Numbered from the stretch's first letter, positions 39,297 through 48,940 are shown. The stretch is DNA of 64,000 bases from an uncultured Eubacteriales bacterium (GCA_902492655.1 CABUMF010000006.1:314-64313), one strand, 5' to 3'. The notes: a model not told the origin generated them from the sequence alone. Translations and numbers: made by a program.

Positions 39297-39929
39297 ATGA
39301 TTGATACCGAGCTTTTGAAAACAAGTATTATTTCAATAATTGTGGTTTTGTTTTCTCTTACGGTTCATGAGGTATCCCACGGGCTTGTTTCATATTTGCT
39401 CGGCGACGATACTGCCAAAAGGATGGGAAGACTTACGCTTAATCCGATTAAGCATATTGACTTGTTCGGTGCACTTTGTATGTTTTTCTTTCACTTCGGT
39501 TGGGCAAAAGCCGTCCCTATAAATCCCAATAAGTATAAAAATTTTAGGCTCGGGACGGTTCTTGTTAGCTTTGCGGGGCCTCTTTCAAATCTCATACTTG
39601 CATTTATTGCATCCTTTATCTATGTGTACTTATGGGATATAATGCATATATACAGCGGCTTAGCCATTGATTTTTTGCAGATGTTCATAGTCATGAACAT
39701 AGGGCTTGCGGTGTTTAATTTCGTTCCGATTTCGCCGCTTGACGGTTCAAAAATACTCCTTGCATTTCTTCCCGAAAAGTATTATCGGTTTATACTTACA
39801 TACGAAAGATACGGATTTATTATACTTATAATTCTGACATCCTTCAGCTTTTTCGGAGGCTTGATAAATGCAGTTGAAATTCCGATACTCGAATTTTTTG
39901 TCAGAATTTCCGAACAAATTATTTTATAA
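39297..39929 (+). CDS. site-2 protease family (M50) membrane metalloprotease
   Basis: HEVSHG zinc motif and NFVPISPLDGSK motif; multi-TM. Confidence 0.75.
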   Translation: MIDTELLKTSIISIIVVLFSLTVHEVSHGLVSYLLGDDTAKRMGRLTLNPIKHIDLFGALCMFFFHFGWAKAVPINPNKYKNFRLGTVLVSFAGPLSNLILAFIASFIYVYLWDIMHIYSGLAIDFLQMFIVMNIGLAVFNFVPISPLDGSKILLAFLPEKYYRFILTYERYGFIILIILTSFSFFGGLINAVEIPILEFFVRISEQIIL

Positions 39930-39941
39930 GGGGTTGTCAAT

Positions 39942-40670
39942 TTGCAGCAGCCATCATATGTTCTTGAGGTATTTGAAGGTCCTCTCGACCTTCTGCTGTA
40001 TCTCATTAAAAAGAACAAAATTAGTATTTATGACATTCCGATTGCCGAAATTTCAGCTCAATACAACGAATACCTTGAAAAGCTGGAATCTGCAAACCTC
40101 GAGGTTACAAGCGAGTTTGTGGTTATGGCGGCGCAGCTTCTTTATATAAAATCCCGTATGCTTTTACCAAAGCCTGAGATTGAGGATGAAGAAGATCCGC
40201 GCGCAGAGCTTGTTGAACGACTGTTGGAATACAGTAAATACAAGGCCGCAAGCGAATTTTTGGGTGACAGAGAAAGCATAGGTAAAGATACATTTTTCAA
40301 AAAGCGGGACAATATCGGTGATGCAAAAATCGAAAATGTAATAGATAATGTATCGGCATCCGACCTGTTTGACATTGTAAGGGAGCTTCTTGCGATGCGA
40401 GCGGAAGAGGAAAATGTTCCCGTAAAGAAGCTGCTAAGCGACATTGTAACTCATGAGGTTGTGTCGGTGAATTCAAAAATTGACTTTATCAGGCGAAAAT
40501 TCAAAACAATAAGGCAATGCAGATTTATAGATATTTTCACGGATTTACCTTCAAGACCTCACATTGTTGCCATGTTTCTCGGCGTTCTTGAGCTTATAAA
40601 GGATTCGGAATTATCCGTGAGCAGACGCGGTGGGGAAATAATTATCAGCAGGAATGAAGATAATGAATAA
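39942..40670 (+). CDS. scpA: segregation and condensation protein A
   Basis: FEGPLDLLLYLIKKNKISIYDIPIAEI N-terminus. TTG start after AAGGGG. Confidence 0.85.
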   Translation: MQQPSYVLEVFEGPLDLLLYLIKKNKISIYDIPIAEISAQYNEYLEKLESANLEVTSEFVVMAAQLLYIKSRMLLPKPEIEDEEDPRAELVERLLEYSKYKAASEFLGDRESIGKDTFFKKRDNIGDAKIENVIDNVSASDLFDIVRELLAMRAEEENVPVKKLLSDIVTHEVVSVNSKIDFIRRKFKTIRQCRFIDIFTDLPSRPHIVAMFLGVLELIKDSELSVSRRGGEIIISRNEDNE

Positions 40671-41229
40671 TTTTGATAAAAATGAGCTTTTTAATACAAT
40701 AGAGGCGATGCTTTTTGCCTCCGGAGATCCTGTGTCTGTTTCAAGCCTTGCGGAGGCTCTTGAAATCGACAAGGACGAGCTTTCAGTTATTATGGAGGAA
40801 TTTACGAGCGAATACAACTATAAAAAAAGCGGCCTTCATGTGATAAGAATTAATAATTCGTATCAGCTTTGCACCCGAACGGAGTATGTTGAGCCTATAA
40901 GGAGGCTTCTTCTTCCGACGAAATATCCCGATTTATCACGGCCGGCGCTTGAGGTTCTTTCCATTATTGCATATAATCAACCTGTTATTAAATCCGTAAT
41001 AGAGCAGGTGAGGGGAGTTGACTGCTCGGGGATTATAAATAAGCTTCTTTCCCGTGATTTGATTGAAGAAAGAGGTCGCCACAACTCTCCCGGAAGACCT
41101 ATTCTTTACGGAACCACACAGGAATTTCTGCGGGCATTCGGGCTTTCTTCGATTGACGATTTGCCCGGCGTCGATGCGCTTTCCGAAATGATTAATGCAT
41201 CCGAACAGCTTACAATTCCTATGGATTAA
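40654..41229 (+). CDS. scpB: segregation and condensation protein B
   Basis: IEAMLFASGDPVS and a tandem winged-helix layout. Overlaps the scpA 3' end. Confidence 0.85.
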   Translation: MKIMNNFDKNELFNTIEAMLFASGDPVSVSSLAEALEIDKDELSVIMEEFTSEYNYKKSGLHVIRINNSYQLCTRTEYVEPIRRLLLPTKYPDLSRPALEVLSIIAYNQPVIKSVIEQVRGVDCSGIINKLLSRDLIEERGRHNSPGRPILYGTTQEFLRAFGLSSIDDLPGVDALSEMINASEQLTIPMD

Positions 41230-41238
41230 GGTGATTTT

Positions 41239-41805
41239 ATGCGGATATTCCTTTGGATTCTCGGCATTTTGCTTTTAATACTTTTTTTACTGTTGTTTGT
41301 CAAAGTAAGACTGATTGTTAAAATTTCGGAATCGGAAAAGCTAATCGCAGTAAAGCTCGGTTTTTTAAAATTCAAGCTTTTCCCTTCGGAAAAATCAGCG
41401 GGCAAAACAGATAAAGACAAAGAAAATATTAAAAAAAGTGATAAAAATATCGAACAGGGTATTGGTAATTTTAAAAATTTATGGTATAATAATTCAAGGG
41501 ATATAAAAAAAGCACTCTTAAGGCTCAAAAAAAGATTGCTCATCGAGGATTGTTACTTTGAATACCGCTGCGGCTTTTCGGATGCTGCAAAAACCGCTGT
41601 TTTGTATGGTACGGTAAGTGGTCTTTACTACAACATTTTTTCGTTTCTCGACAGGCATTTCAAAATTAAAAATATGAGTGCCGAGATTAATCCCGATTTT
41701 AATACTAACAAGAAGCATATTGCGGTCAGCGTGGTGTTGAGGCTTACAATAGCCGATATAATCTATATTTTTACCGCAATACTTCCCATATTAAAAAATT
41801 TATAA
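41239..41805 (+). CDS. ytfI: YtfI-like (DUF2953) sporulation-associated membrane protein
   Basis: N-terminal TM helix, then KVRL...KLGFLKFKLFP repeats. Located directly upstream of ytfJ, as in Bacillus. Confidence 0.55.
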   Translation: MRIFLWILGILLLILFLLLFVKVRLIVKISESEKLIAVKLGFLKFKLFPSEKSAGKTDKDKENIKKSDKNIEQGIGNFKNLWYNNSRDIKKALLRLKKRLLIEDCYFEYRCGFSDAAKTAVLYGTVSGLYYNIFSFLDRHFKIKNMSAEINPDFNTNKKHIAVSVVLRLTIADIIYIFTAILPILKNL

Positions 41806-41823
41806 TTAAGGCGGTGTTTAAAA

Positions 41824-42234
41824 ATGGCTGAACATCCTATTCAAGGCATGATGGCAACAGCAATGCAAAGCATAAAGGAAATGGTTGATGTCAACACTAT
41901 AGTCGGCACTCCCGTTGAAACCAAGGACGGTACTGTTATTATACCGATTTCCAAAGTGGCATTCGGCTTTGCGGCAGGCGGTTCGGATATCCCTGCAAAA
42001 AAGGATTTCAAGGACGAAAACAATTTCGGCGGCGGCAGCGGTGCGGGCGTTTCAATTCAGCCCGTGGCATTTTTGGTTGTTTCGGATAATCAGATTAAGC
42101 TTCTTCCCGTTAACACTTCCGAAAATCCTCTTGACAAGATTGTGGATTACATTCCGGACGCAGTTGAAAAAATCACAAATCTTATCAAATCAAAAAAGAA
42201 AGAAAACGAGCATATCGAAATCAGCATGGACTGA
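41824..42234 (+). CDS. ytfJ: GerW-family sporulation protein YtfJ
   Basis: VNTIVGTPVETKDGTVIIPISKVAFGFAAGG and GAGVSIQPVAFLVV are characteristic. Confidence 0.8.
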   Translation: MAEHPIQGMMATAMQSIKEMVDVNTIVGTPVETKDGTVIIPISKVAFGFAAGGSDIPAKKDFKDENNFGGGSGAGVSIQPVAFLVVSDNQIKLLPVNTSENPLDKIVDYIPDAVEKITNLIKSKKKENEHIEISMD

Positions 42235-42242
42235 TTTCTCCG

Positions 42243-42271
42243 GTGCACCGAAAAATCGGTGCACTTTTTTT
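42243..42271 (+). terminator. rho-independent terminator after ytfJ
   Basis: GTGCACCGA-AAAA-TCGGTGCAC followed by T7. Confidence 0.8.
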
Positions 42272-42281
42272 ATTTTAGGTA

Positions 42282-42310
42282 GTGACAAACTAAAATAATT
42301 GTGGTATAAT
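42282..42310 (+). promoter_or_regulatory. sigma-A type promoter for rluB (GTGACA-17 nt-TATAAT, TGn extended -10)
   Basis: Read directly from the sequence. Confidence 0.5.
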
Positions 42311-42339
42311 ATAAATTGGTGTTATTTGGAGGTGTTTTA

Positions 42340-43041
42340 ATGCGACTGCAAAAGTATTTGGCGGAATGCTCCGTCGCTTCAAGGCGAAAATCCGAGGAGC
42401 TAATTCTCGCCGGCAGAGTAAAGGTTAACGGAAAAATTGTCAATACTCTCGGAACTTTGGTTGAAGCCGGTGATAAAGTTGAATTTGACGGAAAGCTTGT
42501 TTATCCCGAAGAAAAAACGGTATATGTTGCATTAAATAAACCCAAAGGAGTAGTTTCCACGGCTAAAGATCAGTTCGACAGAAAAGCGGTTACCGATTTG
42601 GTTGAAGCTGATGTCAGGTTATATCCCGTTGGAAGGCTTGATTATGATACAAAGGGTCTTATATTTTTGACAAATGACGGCGATTTTACATACAAGCTTA
42701 CTCATCCGAGTCATAATATAAAAAAAACATATGTTGCTGTTGTGAAGGGTGAATTTACCGAGGAAAAAGCCGATAAATTAAGAACCGGAGTTATGCTTGA
42801 CGGAAAGAAAACCGCACCTGCTACAGTTACTTTAGACAGCGTATATGAAAATTCCTGCAAGGTCACACTTACCATTCATGAGGGGAGAAACAGACAGGTA
42901 AGGCGTATGTTTGAAGCTGTTGGGTGCACTGTTTCCTCTCTTATCAGAACGAGAATCGGAAGTGTTGATATAGGAAATCTCAAGCCCGGAGAGTGGAGAT
43001 ATTTAACGGATAAAGAGGTCAATAACCTTATGAAAGGCTGA
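42340..43041 (+). CDS. rluB: rRNA pseudouridine synthase (RsuA/RluB family)
   Basis: S4 domain MRLQKYLAECSVASRRKSE; catalytic GRLDYDTKGL. ATG follows GGAGGTG. Confidence 0.85.
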   Translation: MRLQKYLAECSVASRRKSEELILAGRVKVNGKIVNTLGTLVEAGDKVEFDGKLVYPEEKTVYVALNKPKGVVSTAKDQFDRKAVTDLVEADVRLYPVGRLDYDTKGLIFLTNDGDFTYKLTHPSHNIKKTYVAVVKGEFTEEKADKLRTGVMLDGKKTAPATVTLDSVYENSCKVTLTIHEGRNRQVRRMFEAVGCTVSSLIRTRIGSVDIGNLKPGEWRYLTDKEVNNLMKG

Positions 43042-43045
43042 TTTT

Positions 43046-43438
43046 ATGTTTACTATCAAACCGGCAGTGCCGGATGATTATTTTGATATTAAAGAAATTC
43101 ATTTAAAATACGGCAAGCCTCTTGAGCTTTCATCGGATAAATTCATAATGGTTGCAAGAGAAAACGGTTTTGCCGGAATTGGCGTTTATGAAATTAAAGA
43201 CGGGAATGCTTTATTTTCGGATATTCTGATGACGGATGAAAAAAACACGCAAATGAAATACTTCATTGCCAAAGCTGTTCTAAACTCTGTTGATTTAAAA
43301 GGATTTTCCGATGTTTACTCGGAAAATGTAGAGCTTTACGATGTATTTAATATGTGCGGATTTGAAAAGCTTGACAACGGAATGTACCATTTGAATCTCG
43401 CCCGGTACTTTACAGGCTGTGAAACTTGTAAAAATTAA
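43046..43438 (+). CDS. hypothetical protein (130 aa)
   Basis: ORF 4 nt after rluB. No recognisable motif beyond a vaguely GNAT-like C-terminal segment NMCGFEKL. Confidence 0.4.
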   Translation: MFTIKPAVPDDYFDIKEIHLKYGKPLELSSDKFIMVARENGFAGIGVYEIKDGNALFSDILMTDEKNTQMKYFIAKAVLNSVDLKGFSDVYSENVELYDVFNMCGFEKLDNGMYHLNLARYFTGCETCKN

Positions 43439-43503
43439 ATTTTTTTGAATATTTTTGAAGGAATCAGAGGGTATTATGTAGAAACTACAGAATATGGGAT
43501 GAT

Positions 43504-43533
43504 TTGAAAGTCATTCCGGTTTTGTGTTATAAT
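43504..43533 (+). promoter_or_regulatory. sigma-A type promoter of decarboxylase cluster (TTGAAA-18 nt-TATAAT, TGn extended -10)
   Basis: Read directly from the sequence. Confidence 0.45.
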
Positions 43534-43563
43534 TTAGTTTTAATATATTACGGAGGTAAGCTT

Positions 43564-45033
43564 ATGACTACAATTGAAAAGCAGAATGATTTGCAGACGC
43601 GCAAAGATGCTTTAGTGCATAACGGCAGGAAAAATTCCGCCGGAAAGCTCTTGGCTCGTGAGCGTATCGCAAAAGTTTTCGACGAAGGAAGCTTCGTTGA
43701 AATCGCAGCAATGCTTGGTACCGACGGTGAAGGCGTTGTCACCGGTCACGGTACGATTGACGGCAGACTTGCTTATGCATATGCTCAGGACTTTACCGTT
43801 ATGAGCGGTGCTGTCGGCAAACTGCACGCAGAGAAAATATGCAACATTATGGATATGGCGCTTAAAACAGGTGCTCCCATAATTGCAATTCTTGACTCAA
43901 ACGGAGCAAGAATTTCCGACGGAATTGAAGTAATTTCCGGTTATGCCAAAATTTATAAAATGGCATCCTTATGTTCAGGTGTAATTCCGCAGATTTCTAT
44001 AATTGCCGGTCCTTGCGCAGGCGGTGCTTCCTTTGCTCCGGCACTTTCCGATTTTGTGTTCTATGTTAAGGGGCAGGGTAAGCTGTTCCTGCACAGCCCT
44101 GAAATGATTGAGTCCGCAAGCGGCGATAAAGAAAGCGTTTGCCCTTGTGAAAATGGTACAACTCACTTTGAATTTGAGTCCGAAGACGAATGCTTCACAG
44201 CTGTAAAGAAGGTATTTTCCTACCTTCCTTCAAACAACCTTTGCGAATCGGAAAATGTTGTTACGGACGATATAAACAGGGTTTCTGCGGAGCTTAATTC
44301 CATTGTTCCCGATAATTCCGATGCTCCTTATGATGTTAAGACGGTTATCGAGCAGATTGTTGATGCGGCTTCATTTATCGAGGTGCAAAAAAACTATGCA
44401 AAGAATATTGTTATAGGTCTTGGAAGATTGAACGGTAATACTGTCGGAATTATTGCAAATCAGCCTGCCGAAAAAGACGGAAAGCTCAATATAAATGCTT
44501 GCGAAAAGGCAACTCGTTTTATTAATATGTGCGATGCCTTTAACATCCCCGTTGTTACGCTTACCGATGTTCCGGGCTTTACAGTTTGCAAGTGTCAGGA
44601 AAAGCTGGGTGTTTCAAACCACGCCGCCGCTTTGATTTACGCTTATGCAAACGCTACTGTTCCTAAGGTAAATGTCATTTTGAGGAAGGCATACGGCAGT
44701 GCTTATGCAGTAATGTGCAGTAAGGAAGCCGGCGCTGACATTGTTTACGCTTGGCCTACAGCCGAAATTGCTGTTATGGGCATTGAGGGTGCTTCTGAAA
44801 TTATGTATAACGACGAAATTGCCGCTTCAAGCGATCCGATCAAGGCTCGCGAAGAAATGGTTAATAAGTATAAGGAAGAATATGCAAGCCCGTACATTGC
44901 CGCAAAATGCGGAAGCATTGACGATGTAATAGAGCCTGATGCTACAAGACCTATGATTATTTCAGCTCTTGAAGCTCTGGCAACAAAGAGAGTTACTTTA
45001 CCTGCAAAAAAACACGGCAATATGCCTTTATAA
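43564..45033 (+). CDS. mmdA: acyl-CoA carboxyltransferase subunit (methylmalonyl-CoA decarboxylase alpha / transcarboxylase 12S-like)
   Basis: About 490 aa from MTTIEKQ (GGAGG RBS). GKLLARERIAKVFDEGSFVE..., SGARI-like loop NGARISDG and the second crotonase half are typical of PccB/MmdA. Confidence 0.8.
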   Translation: MTTIEKQNDLQTRKDALVHNGRKNSAGKLLARERIAKVFDEGSFVEIAAMLGTDGEGVVTGHGTIDGRLAYAYAQDFTVMSGAVGKLHAEKICNIMDMALKTGAPIIAILDSNGARISDGIEVISGYAKIYKMASLCSGVIPQISIIAGPCAGGASFAPALSDFVFYVKGQGKLFLHSPEMIESASGDKESVCPCENGTTHFEFESEDECFTAVKKVFSYLPSNNLCESENVVTDDINRVSAELNSIVPDNSDAPYDVKTVIEQIVDAASFIEVQKNYAKNIVIGLGRLNGNTVGIIANQPAEKDGKLNINACEKATRFINMCDAFNIPVVTLTDVPGFTVCKCQEKLGVSNHAAALIYAYANATVPKVNVILRKAYGSAYAVMCSKEAGADIVYAWPTAEIAVMGIEGASEIMYNDEIAASSDPIKAREEMVNKYKEEYASPYIAAKCGSIDDVIEPDATRPMIISALEALATKRVTLPAKKHGNMPL

Positions 45034-45049
45034 TCGGGAGGCGTTGTTC

Positions 45050-45847
45050 ATGAATAAAATCAAAAAGATTTCAGCTATTCTGTTGACCGTTGCCGTTATA
45101 CTTTCGTTGGCGATTCCTGCCTTGGCGGTCGGCTCTCAGCAGGCAGATGCGTCTCAGCCTTATACCTATGATGCAAAAAGCGGAACCTATACAATAATCT
45201 CTTTTTCGCAAATGGGTATGCAAAGTATCGGAGGCGGAATGTTCCAGGGTGCTGAAAGCATGACTCGTGAAGTGATTATTGAAGATGAGGGAATTACCGA
45301 AATTTCCGATTATGCGTTTCTTAATTGCTTCAGACTTGAAAAAGTTGTTATTCCGAAAACCGTAACTAAGATTTCAGAATCGGCATTTTACGGTTGTCCG
45401 GATTCACTTGTGATTTACGGTGAAAAGGGCAGTGCGGCGTCAAAGTTTGCCGATGAGTACGGCTATACCTTCAAAGAAAGCTCTTCTTCGGAAAGCAAGG
45501 ATGTTGAAGGTAAAATATCTACCGGTATAGAGGTTACAATTCTCGGCGTAGGCGTTGTTTTCCTGATTCTGTTAATTCTTTGCTTTGTGCTTAAGCTCTT
45601 TGAGAAAATCTTTGCACAAAACAGCACAACCGCAGTTTCGGAAAGCATTCCGGCTCCCGTAGTGCCTGAGCCTGCAAAACAGCCCGCTTCGGACGAGGAC
45701 GATACCGAGCTTGTGGCTGTAATCACTGCTGCTATAGCGGCAAGCCTTAATACAAGTACCTATAACCTTAAGATTAAATCTGTAAAGCGGCTTGCTTCTT
45801 CGTGGAAGCAGTCTGCGAGAATTCAGAATTTCAATAATAATTTTTAA
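45050..45847 (+). CDS. fusion protein: signal peptide + BspA-type leucine-rich-repeat ectodomain + OadG/MmdD-like decarboxylase membrane subunit
   Basis: Start at MNKIKKISAILLTVAVILSLAIPALA-VG (GGGAGG RBS). LRR_5-like ITEISDYAFLNCFRLEKVVIPKTVTKISESAFYGCPDSLVIYG. TM helix VTILGVGVVFLILLILCFVL, Pro/Ala linker, and OadG hallmark ELVAVITAAIAASL. Confidence 0.6.
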   Translation: MNKIKKISAILLTVAVILSLAIPALAVGSQQADASQPYTYDAKSGTYTIISFSQMGMQSIGGGMFQGAESMTREVIIEDEGITEISDYAFLNCFRLEKVVIPKTVTKISESAFYGCPDSLVIYGEKGSAASKFADEYGYTFKESSSSESKDVEGKISTGIEVTILGVGVVFLILLILCFVLKLFEKIFAQNSTTAVSESIPAPVVPEPAKQPASDEDDTELVAVITAAIAASLNTSTYNLKIKSVKRLASSWKQSARIQNFNNNF

Positions 45848-45864
45848 TTTGGGAGGATTAAATC

Positions 45865-46251
45865 ATGAGAAAGTTCGTTGTTAATGTAAATGGTAAATCA
45901 TATGAAGTAGAGGTTGAAGAAGTAGGCGCTTTAGCATCCGCTCCGGTTGTTTCACCTGCTCCTTCGGCAGCACCCGCACCGGTGTCGGCACCTAAGGCAG
46001 CTCCCGCTGCTCCTGCGCAGTCTTCGGCACCTGCCGGCGCAACAACAGTCAACTCGCCTATGCCCGGAACTATTATGTCGGTTGCCGTTAAGGTTGGCGA
46101 TGCCGTTAAGAGCGGTGATGTTCTCTGCGTTCTCGAAGCTATGAAAATGGAAAACGAAATCGTTGCTCCGAGTGACGGTACCGTTGCTTCCGTAAATGTC
46201 AGCCAGGGTCAGTCTGTAAACTCCGGAGACCTTCTTATATCACTTTCTTAA
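45865..46251 (+). CDS. biotin carboxyl carrier protein (1.3S / MmdC-like)
   Basis: Ala/Pro-rich linker followed by a biotinyl domain with the EAMKMENEI biotin-Lys motif. Confidence 0.85.
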   Translation: MRKFVVNVNGKSYEVEVEEVGALASAPVVSPAPSAAPAPVSAPKAAPAAPAQSSAPAGATTVNSPMPGTIMSVAVKVGDAVKSGDVLCVLEAMKMENEIVAPSDGTVASVNVSQGQSVNSGDLLISLS

Positions 46252-46289
46252 TCTTGATTTTGATATACTGATGTGAAGGAGGAATTTCT

Positions 46290-47480
46290 TTGGAATTAAT
46301 TAACGGTTTTATAGACTTTTTTAAGAACACAGCAATTGCCGACATGATTATCAACATGGACGGAATTGATGCACTGAAAACCATAGCTATGATTGCAATT
46401 TCCTGTGTTCTGCTGTACCTTGCGATTGTAAAGCAATTTGAACCGCTTCTTCTTTTGCCGATCGCATTCGGTATGCTTCTTGCAAACATTCCGCTTGGCG
46501 GTATGATGCATCCGGAGTGGTATGTGGGTTCAAGCATCGACTACGGCAAGGTTCTCCATGAAGGCGGTTTGTTGGATTTATTGTATTTGGGTGTTAAACT
46601 CGGAATATATCCTCCGCTCATTTTCCTGGGAATCGGCGCTATGACGGACTTCGGTCCCCTTATAGCAAACCCGAAGGGCATTCTCCTCGGTGCTGCAGCT
46701 CAGGTTGGTGTTTTCTTAACCTTTTTGGGCGCAATTTTCCTTGGATTCAATATGCTTGAAGCTTGCGCAATAGGTATTATCGGCGGTGCTGACGGTCCTA
46801 CGGCTATATTTGTAACCAAATCTCTCGCGCCGCACCTTTTACCGGCAATTGCTATCGCCGCATATTCATACATGGCTCTCGTTCCTATCATTCAGCCTCC
46901 GATTATGAAGGCACTTACGACTAAAAAAGAGCGTATGATTGTGATGAAGCAGTTAAGACCTGTAAGCCAGAAGGAAAAAATCATTTTCCCTATTGTTGTT
47001 TCGATTGTTGTTCTTCTGCTTGTTCCCGATGCAACATCGCTTATCGGTATGCTTATGCTCGGTAACCTCATGAAGGAAAGCGGAGTAGTTGACAGAATCA
47101 GCAAAACAGCTCAGAATGAGCTTATGAATATTATTACAATATTCCTCGGTGTTACGGTCGGTGCTACCGCAACTGCGGATATGTTCCTTACAGCTAACAC
47201 AATTAAAATCATTGTGCTCGGTCTTTTGGCATTTTCAATCAGCACAGCAAGCGGTACTCTGTTTGGCAAATTGATGTGTCATCTTACAGGCGGAAAGGTT
47301 AATCCTTTAATAGGCTCGGCAGGTGTTTCGGCTGTTCCTATGGCAGCGAGAGTATCTCAGAAGGTCGGTCAGGAGGAAAATCCTTCAAACTTTCTGCTTA
47401 TGCACGCTATGGGACCGAACGTTGCAGGTGTTATCGGCTCGGCAGTTGCCGCAGGCGTATTCCTTGCACTTTACAAATAA
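46290..47480 (+). CDS. Na+-translocating decarboxylase beta subunit (OadB/MmdB/GcdB family)
   Basis: About 9-TM protein. [20 protein letters not shown] and [13 protein letters not shown] are conserved in this family. TTG start after GAAGGAGG. Confidence 0.85.
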   Translation: MELINGFIDFFKNTAIADMIINMDGIDALKTIAMIAISCVLLYLAIVKQFEPLLLLPIAFGMLLANIPLGGMMHPEWYVGSSIDYGKVLHEGGLLDLLYLGVKLGIYPPLIFLGIGAMTDFGPLIANPKGILLGAAAQVGVFLTFLGAIFLGFNMLEACAIGIIGGADGPTAIFVTKSLAPHLLPAIAIAAYSYMALVPIIQPPIMKALTTKKERMIVMKQLRPVSQKEKIIFPIVVSIVVLLLVPDATSLIGMLMLGNLMKESGVVDRISKTAQNELMNIITIFLGVTVGATATADMFLTANTIKIIVLGLLAFSISTASGTLFGKLMCHLTGGKVNPLIGSAGVSAVPMAARVSQKVGQEENPSNFLLMHAMGPNVAGVIGSAVAAGVFLALYK

Positions 47481-47500
47481 ATAATGGGAGGTAAACTAAA

Positions 47501-48898
47501 ATGGCTAAGGTAGGTATTACCGAAACTATATTAAGAGATGCTCATCAGTCTTTGATTGCTACAAGAATGACTACGGAAGAAATGCTTCCTATCATAGATA
47601 AGCTTGATAAGGTTGGTTATCACTCGCTTGAAGCATGGGGAGGCGCAACCTTTGATTCGTGTATGCGTTTTCTCAATGAGGATCCGTGGGAAAGGCTGAG
47701 AAAAATCAGAGCTGCTGCTAAAAACACAAAGCTCCAAATGCTTTTCAGAGGTCAGAATATCCTCGGCTACAGACATTATTCAGATGATGTTGTTCAGTAT
47801 TTTGTTCAGAAATCAATCGCCAACGGTATTGATATATTAAGAATTTTCGACGCACTTAACGATGTGAGAAACCTTAAATGTGCGATTGACGCTTGTAAGA
47901 AAGAAGGCGGTCATGTCCAGGCTGCGATTTCATATACAATAAGCCCCGTTCACAACAACGATTATTTTGCAAGCCTTGCAAAAGAGCTTGAGAACATGGG
48001 CGCGGATTCCATTTGTATAAAGGATATGGCAGGTCTTTTGCTCCCGTATGAGGCATATGACCTTGTAACAAAGCTTAAATCTACGGTTAAAATCCCGATT
48101 CAGCTTCATACTCATTATACAAGCGGTGTCGCTTCAATGACTTATCTTAAGGCTATTGAAGCCGGTGTTGATGTAGTTGACACAGCAATTTCAGCACTCG
48201 CACTGGGCACATCTCAGCCTGCAACCGAACCTATGGTTGCCGCTCTTTCCGGCACTCCTTACGATACCGGAATTTCGCTTGACAGCTTCAACGGTATAAC
48301 CGAATACTTTAAGGATCTCCGTGAAAAATATCTTGCATCCGGACTTCTGGACCCGAAGGTGCTCGGAGTTAATGTTAACACATTGCGCTATCAGGTTCCG
48401 GGCGGTATGCTTTCAAATCTTATTTCGCAGCTCAAAGAGCAGGGCAAAGCAGAAAAGCTTGACGAGGTTCTTGAGGAAGTTCCGAGAGTCAGAAAAGACG
48501 CAGGATATCCTCCTCTCGTTACACCCACAAGTCAGATCGTGGGAACTCAGGCTGTATTCAATGTGCTTGCAGGCGAAAGATATAAGATTGTCACCAAGGA
48601 ATTTAAAGGTCTTATAAAGGGCGAGTATGGCAAGACTCCTGTTGAAATCTCTGATGAAATCAAAAAGAAAATCATCGGCGATGACAAGCAGATTACTTGC
48701 AGACCTGCCGATAACTTAAAGCCCGAGCTTGAAACACTTCGCAAAGAAATGAATGAATACTTCGAGCAGGACGAGGATGTACTTTCGTATGCACTTCTGC
48801 CTCAGGTTGCAAAGAAATTCTTTGAATTCAGGCGTGCGGGAAAATACGGTATTGAGCCCGGTCTTGTAAATATGAACGATAAAACTCATCCGGTATGA
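47501..48898 (+). CDS. oxaloacetate decarboxylase alpha / transcarboxylase 5S-type carboxyltransferase (no biotinyl domain)
   Basis: ITETILRDAHQSL, FRGQNILGYRHY, IKDMAGLL, LHTHYTSG. The 465-aa length stops before any biotin-carrier domain. Confidence 0.8.
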   Translation: MAKVGITETILRDAHQSLIATRMTTEEMLPIIDKLDKVGYHSLEAWGGATFDSCMRFLNEDPWERLRKIRAAAKNTKLQMLFRGQNILGYRHYSDDVVQYFVQKSIANGIDILRIFDALNDVRNLKCAIDACKKEGGHVQAAISYTISPVHNNDYFASLAKELENMGADSICIKDMAGLLLPYEAYDLVTKLKSTVKIPIQLHTHYTSGVASMTYLKAIEAGVDVVDTAISALALGTSQPATEPMVAALSGTPYDTGISLDSFNGITEYFKDLREKYLASGLLDPKVLGVNVNTLRYQVPGGMLSNLISQLKEQGKAEKLDEVLEEVPRVRKDAGYPPLVTPTSQIVGTQAVFNVLAGERYKIVTKEFKGLIKGEYGKTPVEISDEIKKKIIGDDKQITCRPADNLKPELETLRKEMNEYFEQDEDVLSYALLPQVAKKFFEFRRAGKYGIEPGLVNMNDKTHPV

Positions 48899-48910
48899 TT
48901 TTAAGATTTA

Positions 48911-48940
48911 CGGGGCAGGATTAGCCTGCCCCGAATTTCT
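48911..48940 (+). terminator. rho-independent terminator of decarboxylase cluster
   Basis: CGGGGCAGG-ATTAG-CCTGCCCCG followed by AATTTCT. Confidence 0.6.

Noticed and set aside
45925-46060. GC-rich, repetitive-looking tract (GCN/CCN codons) that stands out from the AT-rich background.
   Set aside because: It encodes the Ala/Pro-rich flexible linker (APVVSPAPSAAPAPVSAPKAAPAAPA) typical of biotin carrier proteins. It is not a mobile repeat or foreign insert.
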